64,000 nt of DNA, from IMG/VR virus record IMGVR_UViG_3300032216_001981, positions 1 to 64,000 of that record. One strand, written 5' to 3'. The stretch comes from a virus (Duplodnaviria > Caudoviricetes). This document shows positions 8,842-18,049 of the stretch, one piece after another. Under the pieces are notes generated by a model that ran no database searches, was not told where the DNA came from, and saw only the letters and a program-made list of their open reading frames with translations. Position numbers and translations under genes: made by a program. The first letter of the stretch is position 1; every line of letters begins with the position of its first letter.

Positions 8842-10848
8842 TTACTTGCTGGTGGCACGGTAGGTGCCTGACCAGTCTTTAGGCACACCTTCTATCAATC
8901 TCAAGCTCATGTTTTTGTAGTACTCAGTTAATTCTGGCGATTGATTTGTACAATACTCCACCATTTGCAGTGCCTTCTTCCAATTGCCCGAATAGTAGTG
9001 TCTTAAAAACTCTTGGTGACCTAATTTAGTTTCAGCCAGTGTATAAATTTTTACACCTTGCGTTTTACCTTTCACAGCAATGCAATCCAGTTCAGCCACG
9101 GGATATGTATCTCGAACCAATTCCGCAGTGCGTTGACCAAGTACAATCTTGACACCGTACGGTTTGCTTTGTCCTTCCAGTCTGCTTGCCAAATTGACGC
9201 CATCACCCAGGCAAGTATAGTCAAAGCGTTGATCAGATCCCATGTTACCCACCACAACAGTTGCACTGTTGATGCCAAGCCCCATGCCAAAAGCCGGCAC
9301 ACCTTCTGCTGTAATTTCTCTATTAAATTCATCCAAACTTTCCATCATTTCCAATGCTGTGCGTACTGCGTCTACCGCATGTTGCGGGTTATCCAAGGGT
9401 GCATTCCAAAATGCCATTTGTGCATCACCAATGTATTTGTCCAGTGTGCCCTTGTTCTCAAGTATCCTTTTGGTCATTGCTGTCATGTAACGATTCATGA
9501 TCTTTGTAAGACCCTGCACATCTGCTCCGTAGTGTTCACTGATGGTGGTGAATCCACGCACATCTGTAAACATGATCGACAGTTCACGTTCCTCACCGCC
9601 CAAGGTCAACAGTTCAGGTTGACGTTGTAACTGTGCCACTAGGTCTGGACTTAGATAGGTTCCAAACTGCCGTTTAATTTGTTGTTTTTGTAAGAACTCG
9701 CTTACAAATTTAACGCCGTAGGCATGAAGAACCACAAGTACAACACCAGCCAACAAATAACTAGCATCAACAAGCCACGCATACTGCGAATAAAGCAAAT
9801 GACTGATAGGCACAACACTAAAAAGAACAACCAGGGTAGTAATAATTCCAACATACATCCACCTCGCTAATGTTAATAATATTATACTTGTCACTACCAG
9901 TGCAATTAATTCTGCACCATCGGCCCATGCTGGGCGTTGTATATTTACTCCACGAGCTATAGTGGCTATCACCGCAGCTTGTACATCTTGAGGCCATACT
10001 GCACCCGCGGCAGTGGGCACTGGATTTGCTATGCCCGCGGCAGTGACTCCCACTATCACCACAGCACCCGCAAAGTCCTGGGGTAAATTGGTCATGCCCA
10101 CCGAGTGGCTCTTTTGACTCCAATCTATCCAAATTCTTCCTGATCTGTCGGTGTCAAGTATGCCAATTGCACCGGGACCACGCATTTTTTCAATGCCCAA
10201 GTCTGACATTTTGATTTGAAAGTTGGTGTTGCCCTCTGCTGTCATTAGTGCAGCCAAACTACTGGACGGATACAAGTTGCCATCAATTGCCACTACCAAG
10301 GGCATGCGACGAACAACACCGTCAATTTCTGGCAGTGTGTTAACTATGCCCGAGCCTGCACCAGCGAACTCTAAAGCAGGAATGTTTGCTATCATGCCGG
10401 GATATGTGACTATGAGCTCGCTGTGATTGCTTCCTACAACACTGGAGCCGGGCGGACGCGGAGTGTTTTTATTTTTATCTGCAGGAATGTTACTGAGCAC
10501 CACTGGATACTTTTTTAATGCTTGAGTCAGTGCCGCGTCGCCACCGGACCTATCCCGTTCACTCATTACAATATTAAACACCACTAAGCCGGCACCCCGC
10601 CGGTAAAGGTCTCGTATCAAGTCGGCATACACACGTCGATCAAACGGATACTGTCCATGCTGTGCTATTGCGGCTTCGTCTATGTTGACTGTGTAAATGT
10701 TGTTTTCTGTGGCGGTTTTTGCGGTGATTACGGTGTCAAAATAGCGTAATCGCACACTTTCCACAAATGTAGGGTCGGCAATTCTAACAGCCACTACCAA
10801 CACCAGTGTAAGTAAGGCTGTCCAAGGACTTGTTAATATTTTTCTCAT
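8842..10848 (-). CDS. CHASE2-domain class III adenylate cyclase
   Basis: N-terminal TM, CHASE2 (DGVVRRMPL), 3 TMs, FTDVRGFT, DKYIGD, GNMGS..RFDYTCLGDGVNLASRLE. Confidence 0.93.
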   Translation of the reverse strand: MRKILTSPWTALLTLVLVVAVRIADPTFVESVRLRYFDTVITAKTATENNIYTVNIDEAAIAQHGQYPFDRRVYADLIRDLYRRGAGLVVFNIVMSERDRSGGDAALTQALKKYPVVLSNIPADKNKNTPRPPGSSVVGSNHSELIVTYPGMIANIPALEFAGAGSGIVNTLPEIDGVVRRMPLVVAIDGNLYPSSSLAALMTAEGNTNFQIKMSDLGIEKMRGPGAIGILDTDRSGRIWIDWSQKSHSVGMTNLPQDFAGAVVIVGVTAAGIANPVPTAAGAVWPQDVQAAVIATIARGVNIQRPAWADGAELIALVVTSIILLTLARWMYVGIITTLVVLFSVVPISHLLYSQYAWLVDASYLLAGVVLVVLHAYGVKFVSEFLQKQQIKRQFGTYLSPDLVAQLQRQPELLTLGGEERELSIMFTDVRGFTTISEHYGADVQGLTKIMNRYMTAMTKRILENKGTLDKYIGDAQMAFWNAPLDNPQHAVDAVRTALEMMESLDEFNREITAEGVPAFGMGLGINSATVVVGNMGSDQRFDYTCLGDGVNLASRLEGQSKPYGVKIVLGQRTAELVRDTYPVAELDCIAVKGKTQGVKIYTLAETKLGHQEFLRHYYSGNWKKALQMVEYCTNQSPELTEYYKNMSLRLIEGVPKDWSGTYRATSK

Positions 10849-10874
10849 TTTAAGTTTACCCTTGTGTATTAATG

Positions 10875-11054
10875 TTATAGGTAGGATTGTTTTTTACACG
10901 TTGCTTGCATTTTATGACTCTTGGATTTAATCCAGTGGTCCGTGTTAGTTAAAGCGGACTTGCACTCTCGTTCTGACGCAAACGGAATTCTTATTATAAA
11001 TTCTGGGTCCGCAGGGGTATTTACATTTATTGTTATTATTAAAAGTATCCACAT
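10875..11054 (-). CDS. 59-aa secreted/membrane protein with two Cys (missed by the track)
   Basis: MWILLIITINVNTPADPEFIIRIPFASERECKSALTNTDHWIKSKSHKMQATCKKQSYL; fills the gap between rimK and the cyclase. Confidence 0.65.
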   Translation of the reverse strand: MWILLIITINVNTPADPEFIIRIPFASERECKSALTNTDHWIKSKSHKMQATCKKQSYL

Positions 11055-11055
11055 G

Positions 11056-11940
11056 TTATTGTATTTTAAACTTTACGTATTCTGTAATTAAATCGGCTAC
11101 ATCCACACCACAATAGGTTTCAAATCCCAAAAATCCCGGATTGCTATTGGCCTCGCATACTCTAAATCCTCTGGCATCAAACAGGAGATCAATTCCGGCT
11201 ATGTCCAAATTGAGTGCCTTGGCTGTTTCTCTTGCTAGAAAATCAATTTCTTCAGTAACTTCAAAGTTTGAACCAGTGCCACCATTGGTGATGTTGGCAC
11301 GAAAATCGCCCTCGGGTGCTGTGCGTTTCATTGCACCTATCACTTTGCCACCTATCACCAACACACGTAGATCTTCGCCCACACGCTCGCCGAGATATTC
11401 TTGCACTATCAATGTTTTTTTGTTGCCTAGATTTTTAATAAACTCCATGAGCTTTTTGAAATCCCTACTGCGTTCGCAGAGATAAACTCCTTCGCCGTAA
11501 CTTCCAGTCACAACCTTGACTACACAAGGGAATCCTATGTTGTCTTTAACCAAGGTTTCGTCTATGGGAAATCTCACCATCATGGTGTTGGGAATGGGTA
11601 TACCGTGGCGGCTTAGAATCTGGCTGGTACGCAGTTTATCTTTTACAGTTTCTATAGCAGTGGCACCATTTACACAGGGTACTCCGGCTTGTTCAAAATG
11701 TCTAACCACAGCCAACTGAAATGGCAGTATTCCGGCGCCCAGTCTCACCAGCACCAACTTGGGCATTTCAATGGTTTCACCTCGCAGTTTAATACCTTGA
11801 CGTATGTCACGATCCACAATGATATCAAAATCATCAGGATGTGCCATCACAACTGCTATGCCTTTTTTGGCAAAACTCTCCATTAATCGCTCGCACTCGT
11901 ATTCGTTGCGATCTAATTTAGTTAATATCAACACTGTCAT
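11056..11940 (-). CDS. rimK: RimK-family ATP-grasp alpha-L-glutamate ligase
   Basis: DKLRTSQIL, GFPCVVK..GSYGEGV, IVQEYL, DLRVLVIGG, FRANITNGG, AGIDLL, EANSNPGF. Confidence 0.85.
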   Translation of the reverse strand: MTVLILTKLDRNEYECERLMESFAKKGIAVVMAHPDDFDIIVDRDIRQGIKLRGETIEMPKLVLVRLGAGILPFQLAVVRHFEQAGVPCVNGATAIETVKDKLRTSQILSRHGIPIPNTMMVRFPIDETLVKDNIGFPCVVKVVTGSYGEGVYLCERSRDFKKLMEFIKNLGNKKTLIVQEYLGERVGEDLRVLVIGGKVIGAMKRTAPEGDFRANITNGGTGSNFEVTEEIDFLARETAKALNLDIAGIDLLFDARGFRVCEANSNPGFLGFETYCGVDVADLITEYVKFKIQ

Positions 11941-12689
11941 TGAATTTCATTCCAAGTTACTATTTCCCAACGTCCATCATGATGTTCTACCAATGCCGTA
12001 CACGACTCAACCCAGTCACCGTCATTCATATAAACAATGCCATCAATGTCGCGTATTTCTGCTGTGTGTATGTGTCCACATATTATACCTTGATAACCCT
12101 TGCTTCGGCAATAGTTTGCCAGTAATCGTTCAAAATTTAATATATAAGTTACTGCTTGCTTGGTGTGGTGTTTGATCCACTTGCTCATACTCCAATAAGA
12201 TAACCCCAACTTGGATCTAAGTATTGCCCAATAGTCGTTGAGTTTGATAATGATGTCGTACAATCGATCACCAATGTGCATTAACCAACGTCCCGAACTG
12301 GCATGCATCAAACTGTCAAACATGTCGCCGTGTATTACTAGATATCTATTGCCATCTAATCCCACATAATCGCAACGATTTACCACAGTTAAGTTGCCCA
12401 GCACAGGAATAAAATGCAACCACTTGCGTAGTACTTCATCGTGATTACCTACGACATACGTTACCTGTGTACCACGTTTGGCTATTTTTAATATTCTACG
12501 TATAACATCAGAGTGACTTTCGGGCCAATACCAATTTTGTTTAAGTCTCCATCCGTCAATAATATCACCGACTAGATACAAGTTATCTGAAGTATTGTGT
12601 TTTAAAAAGTTATTGAGTAGTTTGGCCTTGCATCCGCGGCTTCCTAAATGTGTGTCAGAAATAAAAATAGAGCGATAAGTTTTTGGCAT
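11937..12689 (-). CDS. calcineurin-like metallophosphoesterase, UDP-2,3-diacylglucosamine hydrolase (LpxH)-like
   Basis: SDTHLG, LVGDIID, GNHDE, HGD, CGHIH, NDGDWVESCTALVE. Start ATG 12689 or 12695. Confidence 0.82.
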   Translation of the reverse strand: MPKTYRSIFISDTHLGSRGCKAKLLNNFLKHNTSDNLYLVGDIIDGWRLKQNWYWPESHSDVIRRILKIAKRGTQVTYVVGNHDEVLRKWLHFIPVLGNLTVVNRCDYVGLDGNRYLVIHGDMFDSLMHASSGRWLMHIGDRLYDIIIKLNDYWAILRSKLGLSYWSMSKWIKHHTKQAVTYILNFERLLANYCRSKGYQGIICGHIHTAEIRDIDGIVYMNDGDWVESCTALVEHHDGRWEIVTWNEIQ

Positions 12690-12734
12690 AACCATATTTA
12701 TCAGCTCTATCTGTACATCTAGATTAAAACAGTA

Positions 12735-12893
12735 TTAAATCTTTACAAGCGTCCACTTTGTTGTAAATGTTTTGCCTTCATCGCGGTGTTTAAAGATTTT
12801 TTCAAACTCTTTCTTACGTAGCTCTGCCATCTTTTCAGCATCGTGTGAAAGACAAGCCTGATACAACTGTTTAACTAATTTATTTTGTTTCAT
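12735..12893 (-). CDS. 52-aa basic hypothetical protein (missed by the track)
   Basis: AGGAGG SD just upstream of the ATG; MKQNKLVKQLYQACLSHDAEKMAELRKKEFEKIFKHRDEGKTFTTKWTLVKI. Confidence 0.7.
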   Translation of the reverse strand: MKQNKLVKQLYQACLSHDAEKMAELRKKEFEKIFKHRDEGKTFTTKWTLVKI

Positions 12894-12916
12894 TGCCCAT
12901 CCTCCTTTGTAATATT

Positions 12917-12945
12917 ATTGTAACAAAGTATTTAGTATTGGTCAA
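12917..12945 (-). promoter_or_regulatory. sigma70-type promoter with a nested TAAATA late-promoter core
   Basis: TTGACC-17-TACAAT with TG extension; TAAATA at 12934-12929 inside the spacer. Confidence 0.6.
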
Positions 12946-12950
12946 CCAAA

Positions 12951-13520
12951 TTAATTTCTTATATAACTCCAACCTGATCCGCACGGGTTACACTGTATCG
13001 TCATGCCACCTTGATTGGCCTGTGTGGGATTGGTTTGTTGAATAGTGACTCCGGCACCTGTGGCACCATTTAGCCAAAGATTAAATGTTTTATCTGTACC
13101 CACACCGCCCGATTGTGCGACATCTACAGTGTTGTTGTTGTTTACGGTTCCCGCAACACCGGTTATGGTCATGCTGTGCGAGCCTGCACCAGTTTGTGAG
13201 ATTCCGATATTGTTAGCCGAGCCATTTAAGTTTTGTATGTTGGCAGTATGATTGCCGGCACCATCTTGAAACAGTACAACTCCGTTATTAATGCCCGAGG
13301 GTATTTCAACGGAGGCAGTTTTAGCACTGGTGCCCTGTTGTGTAATGTTTATATTAGTATTATCGGCGGCGCTGGTTTTGCCCAATGTTAATGTTGCTGA
13401 ATGTCCTACTCCATCCTGTGCAATTACTATTGTGTTGTTATCACCTACTTGGTCAATATTAACGGTGTTATCCGCGGCCCACACATTAAAACACAATAAG
13501 GTTAAGAGTAAACGTTTCAT
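12951..13520 (-). CDS. curlin-repeat protein (CsgA/CsgB-like), C-terminal CxxC
   Basis: Signal peptide; repeated N-x-x-x-I-x-Q-x-G-x-x-N/H units; ends TIQCNPCGSGWSYIRN. Confidence 0.8.
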   Translation of the reverse strand: MKRLLLTLLCFNVWAADNTVNIDQVGDNNTIVIAQDGVGHSATLTLGKTSAADNTNINITQQGTSAKTASVEIPSGINNGVVLFQDGAGNHTANIQNLNGSANNIGISQTGAGSHSMTITGVAGTVNNNNTVDVAQSGGVGTDKTFNLWLNGATGAGVTIQQTNPTQANQGGMTIQCNPCGSGWSYIRN

Positions 13521-14653
13521 TTTTGTATTAAAGTTATAGTAGTAGTGCCACCTGAATTTACACGATTCTTAAATTCCAATGCACCTTGTGTCATGTAGAT
13601 AGTTGATGATTGTCTAACGGGAGTGGTCACACTCATTACATCACTGCCATTATCACGACTCAGTGTCACTGAATTATCGTCCACTGTGGCTACAATTCCT
13701 GTTATAGCAATATAGTCCGGTAATAATCCCGATTTGGTATTGTTTAATAAATTGATCTGTGCGGCCATTTGTGCATTAACAATGTCCAATATATTTGCTA
13801 AGAAGTTTTGATCCAAAAAATTACGACTAAGTGTATCTTTAAATATTTCCTTTTGTTCAGCTTCTAACACGTTCACTAAGCCAGTTTCCTTTAAGAAGTC
13901 AACATCTAATGCACCCTTGCTGTCCAAGTGTACTTGTGTTTTTTCATTGTTGCGTTCCAATTGTCGAGGTGGGCTAATGATCAACATGTTGTTGATGGCA
14001 TCTTCGCTTAGTTTTAACACCACTGGTTTTAAAGGTACAATACCGCGGCTTTCCACTTTGGTGGCTTGAAATGCTTGATCTAATAAAACCTTTCCAGCAT
14101 CAGTAATAACTTCAATTTGACCTACACGACAATCACGCTCAACATCACGGTATCCTGCAGGGCAACTGGGCAGTAGTATAATAGTACTGGCACCAAGTTC
14201 ATCAACTGTGGTGCTAAAGTCCGTACCACGAACAGCAATGGTGGCAGTGGGAGTGTTGATAGCGACGCGACTGGGATTATCTTTGGCTATGGCTCCGCTA
14301 GCATATCGCACAGTGCCCGAGGCCATGTTGAGAGCTAGTCGACCTGCTGTGGGTTTTTTGGGGTCGTAAACAAAGTCGTCAATGATTAATTTTGAATTTT
14401 CATTGACTTGAACTTGCGTATTATCTTGGAATGTTATTCCTACTTTGCCACGTGCTGTGCGTATCGCATCCTGCATCTCCACTGCCGAGCCCTTCTGGCC
14501 CTCCAGTGTCTTGGCTGACCGTTGTATCGAAGGCGGAATATTGATTTGATCCGTTATGGTGCCCACTGCCGCGATGCCGTTTGGCAACGTGCTCAGCAAG
14601 TAACCGGATAGTAGTAGCTTCCATGTTAATCCTCTTTGATAAACCACGAACAT
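13517..14653 (-). CDS. FecR-domain exported protein
   Basis: Hydrophobic N-terminus; DAIRT..GKVGITF.DNTQVQVNENSKL, G..RYASG, TPTATIAVRGTDF FecR signature. Confidence 0.82.
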   Translation of the reverse strand: MFVVYQRGLTWKLLLSGYLLSTLPNGIAAVGTITDQINIPPSIQRSAKTLEGQKGSAVEMQDAIRTARGKVGITFQDNTQVQVNENSKLIIDDFVYDPKKPTAGRLALNMASGTVRYASGAIAKDNPSRVAINTPTATIAVRGTDFSTTVDELGASTIILLPSCPAGYRDVERDCRVGQIEVITDAGKVLLDQAFQATKVESRGIVPLKPVVLKLSEDAINNMLIISPPRQLERNNEKTQVHLDSKGALDVDFLKETGLVNVLEAEQKEIFKDTLSRNFLDQNFLANILDIVNAQMAAQINLLNNTKSGLLPDYIAITGIVATVDDNSVTLSRDNGSDVMSVTTPVRQSSTIYMTQGALEFKNRVNSGGTTTITLIQK

Positions 14654-14796
14654 TTTTGTAGTTCCTTCATGACTTCATCATTTGTAGTACAATAAGTACG
14701 TGCTGCCATTTCTACAAAATTTAACCAACGACTACCCAGATCTTCTTGTCCATCTGCCCACTGTTGATACATGGATTTAAGTAGCCATTGATTCAT
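14626..14796 (-). CDS. 56-aa hypothetical protein inside the curli operon (missed by the track)
   Basis: MNQWLLKSMYQQWADGQEDLGSRWLNFVEMAARTYCTTNDEVMKELQKCSWFIKED; ATG 1 nt after the curlin stop. Confidence 0.6.
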   Translation of the reverse strand: MNQWLLKSMYQQWADGQEDLGSRWLNFVEMAARTYCTTNDEVMKELQKCSWFIKED

Positions 14797-14797
14797 A

Positions 14798-15574
14798 TTA
14801 ACGATTATTTTGATTTACAGTAATGGTACTGCCACTGCCGGCAATTTTTAAGTTACTGATGTTGTCACCAGCTGTGCCCTGCTGTGTTACAGAAACTGTG
14901 TTACCAGAACCAGTTAAATCCACTGTGGACTGATGTCCAAATGCTCCACCTGATTGTGCCACTGTTAATGAGTTGGCAGAACCTGCTACGGTTGCAACAC
15001 TTGATCCGCCTGTGCTTTGCAAATCCATTGACACTGTGTTATTACCTGTGCCAGTCACTGCCAGTGTGCTGGTGATGCTGTCACCCAATGCTGTTACTGT
15101 GGTTGCATTGTTTCCACCCACTGTGTTCACTGTTACTGTGTTGCTGGCACCAATGGATTTGATGTTGGTGGTGTTGCTGTTTCCAGTTTGTGTTACACCA
15201 ATGTTGTTTGCTGTGCTGTTGTTGGCAGCTTCACCAACTTGAATAGTTGCTGTGCTGTTCAAACTTGAAGTTATGCTGTAATTGACAGTTGTGGCACCCA
15301 CTGAGGTATCAGTTTGTATTCCCAATTTCAACATGTTACCGCCACCAACTTGATTCACAGTGACTTGATTTCCGTCACCATAAATTTTAGCTGGTGTTTG
15401 GTTACCGGTGCCTGTTCCCGGCAAACCTCTAACTGTGTTGCCGGCACCATCTTGTGTGACAGCAATAGTGGCATTGTCTCCGGCTTGATCAATATAGATG
15501 CTGTTGTCAGCAGCATAAACTAAATTGATTGTGGCTAGCATTGTTATTATTGTTTTGGCTAGTTTAATTTTCAT
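14798..15574 (-). CDS. curlin-repeat protein (major curlin-like)
   Basis: Start reassigned to ATG 15574 (MKIKLAK... signal peptide); N-x-I-x-I-x-Q-x-G-x-x-N repeats, Thr/Asn/Gly/Gln-rich. Confidence 0.82.
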   Translation of the reverse strand: MKIKLAKTIITMLATINLVYAADNSIYIDQAGDNATIAVTQDGAGNTVRGLPGTGTGNQTPAKIYGDGNQVTVNQVGGGNMLKLGIQTDTSVGATTVNYSITSSLNSTATIQVGEAANNSTANNIGVTQTGNSNTTNIKSIGASNTVTVNTVGGNNATTVTALGDSITSTLAVTGTGNNTVSMDLQSTGGSSVATVAGSANSLTVAQSGGAFGHQSTVDLTGSGNTVSVTQQGTAGDNISNLKIAGSGSTITVNQNNR

Positions 15575-15575
15575 A

Positions 15576-16496
15576 TCATTTTTCCTTTGGCTTTGAGCCC
15601 GATTTATTCTTTTTTGTTGGTTTAACTTCCGCTTCTGCAACCGTGCCGGCGGGGGTTTCCACTGTTGTTGGGACTTCTGCTACTGGTACCGGTGCTGGCT
15701 CCAGTGTTGGTTCTGGTTTGCGAAAATCCCAAACACCTTTACGCTCACCTTCTTTGATTAATTCTACCACAGCAGCTTCTATTGTGGCCTTAACTGCCAG
15801 TGTGCCGGGTTCATTCATGGTTAATCCGGCTTCGGCTTCAAATGCCTGTGCACCGTTGTCTAAAAACTTCAGCACAGCCACACTGTCTGCTGTGCTGTAT
15901 ACTATTTTAGTCACATGCACCGCTACCAATACTCGACCAGTGTTGACACTGATGGCTCGCAAACTAATAGTTACTGTGTCTTTGCTGTACTGTGTTTGTG
16001 ATCCTATGCCCAAAAATCTATGTGCGGCACCGCCCGATTCAGATCCCGAATCGTATCCTATTATGCCACCTTCCATGATAATACCAGCAAACTGCATGGG
16101 CATTAACGGTTTAGCATCCTTACCTTCGTATGCTTCACGCATTTGTCGTATAATCAATCGTTCTTTTGTCAATGCTTCAACATTGATTCTTTCCACTACA
16201 TCAAACCAAGCACCATGCCCAACGTCTTGTAGGGCTTTGATTAAAAATACTTCAGCACCTTGTGTAACTGCTGTGCTCAAACTGGCAATGCCCGATACTG
16301 GTTTGCGTTGTCCAGTTTTGTCAGCAAAACTATAAACTGCCACTGTGAGACGTCGGCCGTCGGGTGCGGGTATCGAATCAAACTCTCTTTGCATTTTGTT
16401 TGGTACTACTTCGGGGCGATACTCAAAGCCGGCCTTTTGTGTAACAGCACAACCGCCAAGTGATAACGCAACAAGTAATATTAGTATTTTTTTCAT
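15576..16496 (-). CDS. csgG: curli secretion channel lipoprotein CsgG
   Basis: Lipobox LGGC; AVYSFADKTGQRKP, STAVTQGA, WFDVVER, ALTKERLIIR, MEGGIIGYD. Confidence 0.93.
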   Translation of the reverse strand: MKKILILLVALSLGGCAVTQKAGFEYRPEVVPNKMQREFDSIPAPDGRRLTVAVYSFADKTGQRKPVSGIASLSTAVTQGAEVFLIKALQDVGHGAWFDVVERINVEALTKERLIIRQMREAYEGKDAKPLMPMQFAGIIMEGGIIGYDSGSESGGAAHRFLGIGSQTQYSKDTVTISLRAISVNTGRVLVAVHVTKIVYSTADSVAVLKFLDNGAQAFEAEAGLTMNEPGTLAVKATIEAAVVELIKEGERKGVWDFRKPEPTLEPAPVPVAEVPTTVETPAGTVAEAEVKPTKKNKSGSKPKEK

Positions 16497-16497
16497 A

Positions 16498-16956
16498 TTA
16501 AAATTGGAATTGTCCCAATGGTACTGTGACCTGCGTTTGGTTCCCCACAGAGTCTGTCACTGTAAGGTATACATTTGAGCTGTCTCGGTTCCAGAATATT
16601 GTATTGCCTTCGAAATTTAGTGTGCCCGAAGTACTACCACCCGAGGCAAACATGGCAGTGGCCAAATTCTGACTGATCTGTGCGTAGATACGACTTTCCA
16701 AGTTGTTCATGAACTTGGATAAATTGGTGTTTTGTGCGGCTGTGGCCTGTGCCTGTAGTGCGGCTTGAATATCTTTGGCTATCTGTTGTCTTCGAGTGAA
16801 TTCTTGATTTTCAATTGTGAGAACATGGCTGCTGTAGCCACTGCCGTTGAAACTGGGACTCTTAAAACCATAGTCAGCAATAGGCGAAGAAAAGGCAAAA
16901 GGCGTCCATACAACGACACCGATTGCTAGATAAAACTTATTATTATTTTTATACAT
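16498..16956 (-). CDS. csgF: curli assembly factor CsgF
   Basis: Signal peptide, then FKSPSFNGSG (CsgF FRNPNFGG-like); FMNNLESRIYAQIS; adjacent to csgG. Confidence 0.85.
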   Translation of the reverse strand: MYKNNNKFYLAIGVVVWTPFAFSSPIADYGFKSPSFNGSGYSSHVLTIENQEFTRRQQIAKDIQAALQAQATAAQNTNLSKFMNNLESRIYAQISQNLATAMFASGGSTSGTLNFEGNTIFWNRDSSNVYLTVTDSVGNQTQVTVPLGQFQF

Positions 16957-16973
16957 ATTCTAGCTCCTAATAC

Positions 16974-16979
16974 TATTTA
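16974..16979 (-). promoter_or_regulatory. late-promoter core TAAATA upstream of csgF
   Basis: TAAATA followed by AGGAG SD and the csgF ATG. Confidence 0.55.
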
Positions 16980-17015
16980 CTGAGAGCCAGAGTATTTTAA
17001 TAACGCATTAGAACG

Positions 17016-17552
17016 TTAGATACGTTTGATGCCCAATTGACGATAGATGTGTTGTACTGCTTGGGCTTGACTTATACAATCTTCTAGGGCATTGTGAAGT
17101 CCAACCTTGTTACGTTCACGTGGGTCACCGTGTACTGCAAACAGTGTTCTGCTGTCACGTATTTGCCAGAACTGCCACGGAGTAGGCCACTCCTGTTGAC
17201 GATAGAGATTTTCCAATATAGCAATGTCAAACACTGGGCCTTGACACCAAATGTCGTCAGCACCCACTAGAAATCTGTTTAATTGTTGATACATTTCTCT
17301 TAGGGAAACTCTATCATTTTCGCCAAATGCTTCTTCGTATACATCTGCACTTTGTCGACTCCACCATTCCAGTGTGTCATCTTGCACAGTTCTGCCTAGA
17401 GCAGTTTGCTCGTCCACGTTGATTCTAAAGTAAAGGCTGTTGTTGCCAATAATTGAGTCGCTGAATGGATTAAATTTCACTGCACCCAGTGTCAGTACCA
17501 CACAGTCGGGTCTAGTGCCTAACGTTTCAAGGTCTAACATTACAGAAGTCAT
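17016..17552 (-). CDS. DEDDh 3'-5' exonuclease (phage DexA/RNase T-like)
   Basis: MLDLETLG, WCQGPVFD, RDSRTL, HNALEDC. Confidence 0.85.
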   Translation of the reverse strand: MTSVMLDLETLGTRPDCVVLTLGAVKFNPFSDSIIGNNSLYFRINVDEQTALGRTVQDDTLEWWSRQSADVYEEAFGENDRVSLREMYQQLNRFLVGADDIWCQGPVFDIAILENLYRQQEWPTPWQFWQIRDSRTLFAVHGDPRERNKVGLHNALEDCISQAQAVQHIYRQLGIKRI

Positions 17553-17558
17553 AGTATT

Positions 17559-17587
17559 ATTGTATAGGGTTATTTGGCGGTTGTCAA
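17559..17587 (-). promoter_or_regulatory. sigma70-type promoter, leaderless architecture
   Basis: TTGACA-17-TACAAT, then 6 nt to ATG 17552. Confidence 0.72.
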
Positions 17588-18049
17588 GTGTTTTGCTGAT
17601 TCGGCTGCCACTACTCGTTTGCGTAGACTACTGCTACTAAACGAATGATCTCTGCCGTTGAATATGCAACGAATGTTTCTTTGAGCACAGGCTTGATCAC
17701 CACTGAAGGGTTTGCCCTCGTATTCCACACCCAACACACGTACATCAATTGGCAGAATCAACAATAGATCAATGAGATCTTGTTCGGTTTGATATACCAC
17801 TACTTCATCCACATATCTACAGGCGGCCAACTGTATCTGTCGTTCCACTACACTTTGTATGGGCGAATTTTTAGTGTCAGGTCTATCTATAGTGGGATCT
17901 GTTTGTAGTCCACAGATCAAGTAATCGCAGTGATTTCTAGCTTCGGCCAACATGGCGATGTGGCCGGCATGCAACATATCAAAGGCACTGAATGTAATGC
18001 CAATGATTTTACCTTGTTCTTTGAGAGTTCTTACTTTATTGAATATCAT
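17570..18049 (-). CDS. HxGH cytidylyltransferase (glycerol-3-phosphate CTase/TagD-like)
   Basis: FSAFDMLHAGH, LICGLQTD, RYVDEV, SSSSLRKR. Confidence 0.85.
   Translation of the reverse strand: MIFNKVRTLKEQGKIIGITFSAFDMLHAGHIAMLAEARNHCDYLICGLQTDPTIDRPDTKNSPIQSVVERQIQLAACRYVDEVVVYQTEQDLIDLLLILPIDVRVLGVEYEGKPFSGDQACAQRNIRCIFNGRDHSFSSSSLRKRVVAAESAKHLTTAK

Noticed and set aside
8842-10848. Cyclase as a Pycsar-type pyrimidine cyclase
   Set aside because: It has a CHASE2/TM sensor architecture, the Lys (DKYIGD) and Thr (DYT) residues typical of ATP-specific class III cyclases, and no adjacent Pycsar effector.
15643-16335. 230-aa plus-strand ORF, and similar antisense ORFs (9058-9630, 5326-5820, 2430-2702, 11141-11485 and others)
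   Set aside because: They lie antisense to well-supported genes, have no motifs or RBS, and are expected shadow ORFs from codon bias.
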